64,000 nt of DNA from an uncultured Bacilli bacterium (lineage in GTDB: Bacteria > Bacillota_I > Bacilli_A > RF39 > UBA660), in NCBI GenBank assembly GCA_934131005.1, contig CAKOYV010000001.1, forward strand, positions 13,216 through 77,215, written 5' to 3'. Both the position numbers and the translations under genes were made by a program. Positions 60,348-64,000 of this stretch are shown in pieces. Under the pieces are notes generated by a model. That model did not search any database. It was not told the origin of the DNA and saw only the letters and a program-made list of their open reading frames with translations. Numbering within the stretch: the stretch's first letter is position 1; each line of letters starts with the position of its first letter.

Positions 60348-61505
60348 CTATTTCTTTTCATTATTAAATTCCTCATTCAAATCAACAGCCTTCAAAGTAT
60401 ACAAATACAAATTACTATCCTGAAGAATATAAAAATGAGCCTTCTGATGTTTAACAACAACATAATACATAATAGGTAATCTTAAATTATCCCTAACATC
60501 CAATAATTCCTCAAAACTATTTATCTTCAAAATATTATATTTAGACATATCAGGCAAAGTAGAAGTTTCAACAACAAGTCTATCATATTCTCGCAATATT
60601 TTATTAATAATAATATCATATTTACTCTTTTTTATCTTAAGCAAACTAAGCATTCTCATCACAACAATTATATAAACAATAGCAAGCACAACACAAATAC
60701 TACCAAATAATATATATATACCATTTGAAATATTAAAACTATTATCCATCAAAACATACTCATAATTATTATGCAACTCCTTAGAATCAAGTTTTATCTG
60801 AATAGCCTTCTGAGATAATGGTATTCTCAAAGAAATAAGTTCTGAAGAAGGAATACTATATTTAGAATCAACTTTATTATAAGTAACCAAATAAACATCT
60901 AAATAACTATTAACATTAACTCCATATTGTGACTTAAATTTAGTAGCAATAGCATTATAATACTCATAATCAATAGAAATATCTTTATCAAAAACATAAT
61001 TATCTCCATCTCTCTTAACCAAATCTCCACTACGCTCTAAAAGCGTATAATTTTTCTCAAAATAACTAGCATTACTATCACTATCAACAATCACTAACTT
61101 ACCAATAATCTCATATTCCAAACCACCATCTATCTTTGAAGATCCACTAACCGAATACTGATAATGAAATTTAAGAGGAATATCATGAATTAAGCTAGCA
61201 ACATAAGACATATTCTTACCTAAACACTTATCTTCATAAAATTCATTTTTATTTAAACAAACAGAATAATCTACATTACCATCAGCCTTATAATAAACCA
61301 TCTCTTTTTTAACAACATTCATTGAATTAGTAACAAAATAAATTCCCAACCCAAAAAACATAATAAATAATATTATATAAATGAAAAGTCTTAAATTAAA
61401 AGAAAAATAAATACCTAGTCTCTTTTTATAAGACTTATCATTATTTTTAACTAAAGTATATTTATATTTACCTCTAACTTTTCTCTTCAATTTCTTCTTA
61501 GCCAT
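60348..61505 (-). CDS. Hypothetical two-TM membrane protein, cotranscribed with the signal peptidase
   Basis: About 385 aa. Lys-rich N-terminus, TM near residue 50, a large middle domain, a second TM near residue 275 and a C-terminal cytoplasmic domain. The ATG at 61505 lies 3 nt after the upstream stop. Confidence 0.5.
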   Translation of the reverse strand: MAKKKLKRKVRGKYKYTLVKNNDKSYKKRLGIYFSFNLRLFIYIILFIMFFGLGIYFVTNSMNVVKKEMVYYKADGNVDYSVCLNKNEFYEDKCLGKNMSYVASLIHDIPLKFHYQYSVSGSSKIDGGLEYEIIGKLVIVDSDSNASYFEKNYTLLERSGDLVKRDGDNYVFDKDISIDYEYYNAIATKFKSQYGVNVNSYLDVYLVTYNKVDSKYSIPSSELISLRIPLSQKAIQIKLDSKELHNNYEYVLMDNSFNISNGIYILFGSICVVLAIVYIIVVMRMLSLLKIKKSKYDIIINKILREYDRLVVETSTLPDMSKYNILKINSFEELLDVRDNLRLPIMYYVVVKHQKAHFYILQDSNLYLYTLKAVDLNEEFNNEKK

Positions 61506-61510
61506 TCTTA

Positions 61511-62641
61511 TCACCACTTTTCATTTAATAATACTGTAGGATATCCTAATAAAGGTATTTTAAATCTAACAACCCCAATAATCATATCTTTAGTAATCTT
61601 ATACTCATCATAATTAGAATTAGCATCCCCTTTAGTATAAATAAAATACTCTCCATTTGTATCAATAATCTTATAAATACGATGCACTATAACTTTTCCC
61701 TCATAATGATAAGCTATAACATCTCTCTTCCCTATCTCTTTATACCTCTGATCAACAATAACAATATCTCCCTTTGAGATAACCTTCTCCATACTACCAC
61801 TAGCAATTGCTACTGCATAATATCTAAAATATCCTGAAACCAAATAAACTAAAACAACAACTATCAAACTAACTAAACTCCAATATAAAATAAGCTTTCT
61901 TCTACTAACAAATACTCTCTCTAAAATAGCTTCCGTTCTATCTCTTAAAAGCCACCTTCTAACTCTACTCATAACAAAAATAGGAAACAAAAAATTAATA
62001 AGAGAATAAAGATATTCATTAGGATTAGGAACAATTGGCAATAAATACAAATACAACTTCATAACCAAAAAGAAGAAAATACCTGGCCAATACCCAAAAT
62101 GAAGTGCCAAATAAATTCCTAAAATATTTTCTGTAATAGAAGGAACTAAACTAATAGCCACTACTAAAAACATCTCTTTATTAAAAGCAAAAGAATGTGC
62201 CGCAAAAGCTATTGTATTATCCATCAAAATAAAAAACAAACAAACAAAAATAAGCATTTTTTTAGACAAACTAGCTTTCATAACAAGTTGATAACGCAAA
62301 ACCTCTTTTAAAATAACATAAATAATAATTGGAATAATAAACTTAAAAATAGATTTAACCGTCAAATAATTCTCCACTCTAGCAAACCCAATTACTATTC
62401 CTGATAAATAATAAATTAAAAAGAAGGATATTAAAATAATTATAATTTCTAATATAATATCTTTAGTATAACGATGTCTATCTTTTTCAAATCCAAATAA
62501 ATACTTAGATAAAATTAGCAAGCAAAAAAGCAGTATATTTAAAGAATTTTGATTTAAAAATCTAAAAACAATACTATTACTAATAAACACTAAAATGAAG
62601 ATAAACATAAACAATAATAGCTTAATATAACTTTTCTTCAT
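61511..62641 (-). CDS. sipW: SipW-type (ER/archaeal-type) signal peptidase I fused to an N-terminal polytopic membrane domain
   Basis: The C-terminal roughly 110 aa are AIASGSMEKVISKGDIVIVDQ...VIVHRIYKII...YTKGDANSNYDEYKI...IPLLGYP, which carry the S26B Ser/His motifs. About 260 aa with at least 7 hydrophobic helices precede them. Confidence 0.7.
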   Translation of the reverse strand: MKKSYIKLLLFMFIFILVFISNSIVFRFLNQNSLNILLFCLLILSKYLFGFEKDRHRYTKDIILEIIIILISFFLIYYLSGIVIGFARVENYLTVKSIFKFIIPIIIYVILKEVLRYQLVMKASLSKKMLIFVCLFFILMDNTIAFAAHSFAFNKEMFLVVAISLVPSITENILGIYLALHFGYWPGIFFFLVMKLYLYLLPIVPNPNEYLYSLINFLFPIFVMSRVRRWLLRDRTEAILERVFVSRRKLILYWSLVSLIVVVLVYLVSGYFRYYAVAIASGSMEKVISKGDIVIVDQRYKEIGKRDVIAYHYEGKVIVHRIYKIIDTNGEYFIYTKGDANSNYDEYKITKDMIIGVVRFKIPLLGYPTVLLNEKW

Positions 62642-62693
62642 TTTCTTCTTCTCCTAACATAAATGACACAGCAAAAACTGTGTCATCTTGATT

Positions 62694-63347
62694 TTAATCT
62701 ACTGAACTATAATTTAGTGTAATATCTCCAAATGAAACAGTAAAATCTCCATCTGCTCTATCAGCACCTGCTGCATATTCAAGCGTAACCGTAATAGCAT
62801 CGGCACTGCCTTTAGCTAAAGAATGATTAGAAATACTAGCAACACTACTACTAGCCTCCGCCTCTGTTCCAACTTTTACTTTAACAGAAATACCATTACA
62901 AGCCTTCTGTACTAAAGCATCAGTAGTCCCCTCTTTAGCTGTACAAACTTTATTACTACTAGCACTAGCCACATCAGAATAAACAATACTTTTTAAGAAA
63001 GCTTCTAACTCTCCAGCATTATAGGCATAAAAATTATATACAACCTTTTGTCCTGGCTCTGTAAAAGTAGCATTTAAATTACTAATAGTTGGACTATTAG
63101 TATTATCAATCTTAGCATTAGTAGCAACAACTGTACTAGGAGTTGCAACTGGTGCAATTTCATTAGCTAAAACTTCTGTATTAGAACTTGAAAAATCAAC
63201 ATTCATTGTATCAGAACTAGGTTTTACTGTCGCATTAGATTGAATCTTCAAAACACTAGAAAACGCCGAAAAACCAATAGATAATCCTACAACACCAACT
63301 ACTAAAGCAAGCAACGCTATATACTGTCCATGCTTATTTTTCTCCAT
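62694..63347 (-). CDS. Secreted protein with a TasA-like signal peptide
   Basis: RBS taggagg plus ATG at 63347 opens MEKNKHGQYIALLALVVGVVGLSIGFSAFSSVLKIQS, followed by a beta-rich Ser/Thr/Ala domain. GC content is visibly higher than in neighbouring genes. Confidence 0.55.
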   Translation of the reverse strand: MEKNKHGQYIALLALVVGVVGLSIGFSAFSSVLKIQSNATVKPSSDTMNVDFSSSNTEVLANEIAPVATPSTVVATNAKIDNTNSPTISNLNATFTEPGQKVVYNFYAYNAGELEAFLKSIVYSDVASASSNKVCTAKEGTTDALVQKACNGISVKVKVGTEAEASSSVASISNHSLAKGSADAITVTLEYAAGADRADGDFTVSFGDITLNYSSVD

Positions 63348-63466
63348 CTCTATCCTCCTATCTACTATACACAATACTAACATATTTTAATATTTTTGCC
63401 AACCCTTTTTCACAACTTTTTTCATCAAAAAAAGCCAAGTTCTCTAACATAAAGAACTAAAGCCAT

Positions 63467-64000
63467 TTATTGTTGTTTAACATACCAAACTCTAGAAATA
63501 TCTACATTCTGACTAAGTGGCGGTGGCGATGGTTGATCAACAGATACAATAACAGGCATCTTAAAAGCACTACCATACGCAATACACATACCAGACCTAA
63601 AAGTATTAAGCTTATTAATCATATTACCACTAACATTAGGCAAAATCGAAGATACAAACGCAACATCATTATGATGAAACATCTTAAACACTAAGAAATT
63701 AGTACACTGACTAATAGCCGTCTCACTCAACTCTGACGGTCTTTGAGTAATCATCCCCAACAAAATACCATACTTTCTTCCCTCTTTAGCAATTCTCTCA
63801 AAAATATTATACCCAAATAACTTAACATCAATATCTTCCTGCACATATCTATGAGCCTCTTCCAATAAAATATGAAATGCTAACGATCCTCTATTTTTTA
63901 ACTTAGCAACATAATCAAATAAAATTTTCGAATAAATCTTTACTAAATTTTTAGCAAACCTATCATCAACATAGTTAATATTAAAATTAATAATCTGTGC
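63467..64000 (-). CDS. C-terminal part of a HerA/DUF87-like ATPase (runs off the right edge)
   Basis: The frame stays open to the window end: ...LAFHILLEEAHRYV (Walker B-type EEAH), then GILLGMITQRPSELSETAISQCTNFLVFKM, typical of the HerA/FtsK-like P-loop clade. Confidence 0.55.
   Translation of the reverse strand, partial: AQIINFNINYVDDRFAKNLVKIYSKILFDYVAKLKNRGSLAFHILLEEAHRYVQEDIDVKLFGYNIFERIAKEGRKYGILLGMITQRPSELSETAISQCTNFLVFKMFHHNDVAFVSSILPNVSGNMINKLNTFRSGMCIAYGSAFKMPVIVSVDQPSPPPLSQNVDISRVWYVKQQ

Noticed and set aside
1-64000. CRISPR arrays, rRNA and tRNA genes
   Set aside because: I saw no regularly spaced direct repeats with unique spacers. I also saw no GC-rich cloverleaf-sized or rRNA-like segments. 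The only GC-rich islands are the DGR VR/TR segments, the hairpins and the rplU leader region.

Overview
This is a very AT-rich chromosomal window from a low-GC Firmicute, probably a spore-former (sigG, ymxH-like gene, Prp-processed L27). Almost all genes are on the minus strand. All calls come from reading motifs in the translated ORFs and the DNA by eye; no database search was run.

Housekeeping genes include sbcCD, rplU-prp-rpmA, mgtA, oleate hydratase with a TetR regulator, a TtcA-like PP-loop ATPase with a cysteine desulfurase, uvsE, ung, sigG, and argS-hisS.

Three accessory blocks stand out.

(1) 47.4-60.1 kb holds a diversity-generating retroelement (DGR). In minus-strand order it reads: target gene 2, a MutS-domain-I-like accessory gene, avd, an AAC-rich template repeat (TR), a reverse transcriptase, then target gene 1.
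- Both targets carry GC-rich variable regions (VRs) at their 3' ends.
- A 2275-aa InlB-B-repeat surface protein carries an undiversified copy of the same C-terminal domain.
- A fourth target copy is truncated next to a degenerate IS6-like element.
- The element looks impaired or oddly regulated. The RT catalytic box reads YQDY rather than YxDD. Both accessory genes are split at A-runs that match -1 slippery heptamers. The TR is not colinear with either VR.

(2) 27.1-33.5 kb holds four paralogous surface-protein genes with shuffled modules. They share N-terminal domains but carry different C-terminal domains (InlB B-repeat, glycine-rich, BspA/DUF285-type repeats). Three of them have a 9-11 nt poly-G tract eleven codons after the start and are out of frame as sequenced, which suggests phase variation.

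(3) 60.3-63.4 kb encodes a SipW-type signal peptidase fused to a polytopic membrane domain, with neighbouring secreted and membrane proteins. At least six proteins in the window carry a TasA-like (T/S)(Y/F)AY(Y/L) signal-anchor motif, so they may be its substrates.

Other points: a tandemly triplicated module family of unknown function sits beside an atypical sigma factor; two genes are interrupted by single in-frame TAA codons; there are integrase and transposase remnants and several orphan prepilin-like genes. I saw no rRNA, tRNA or CRISPR array.
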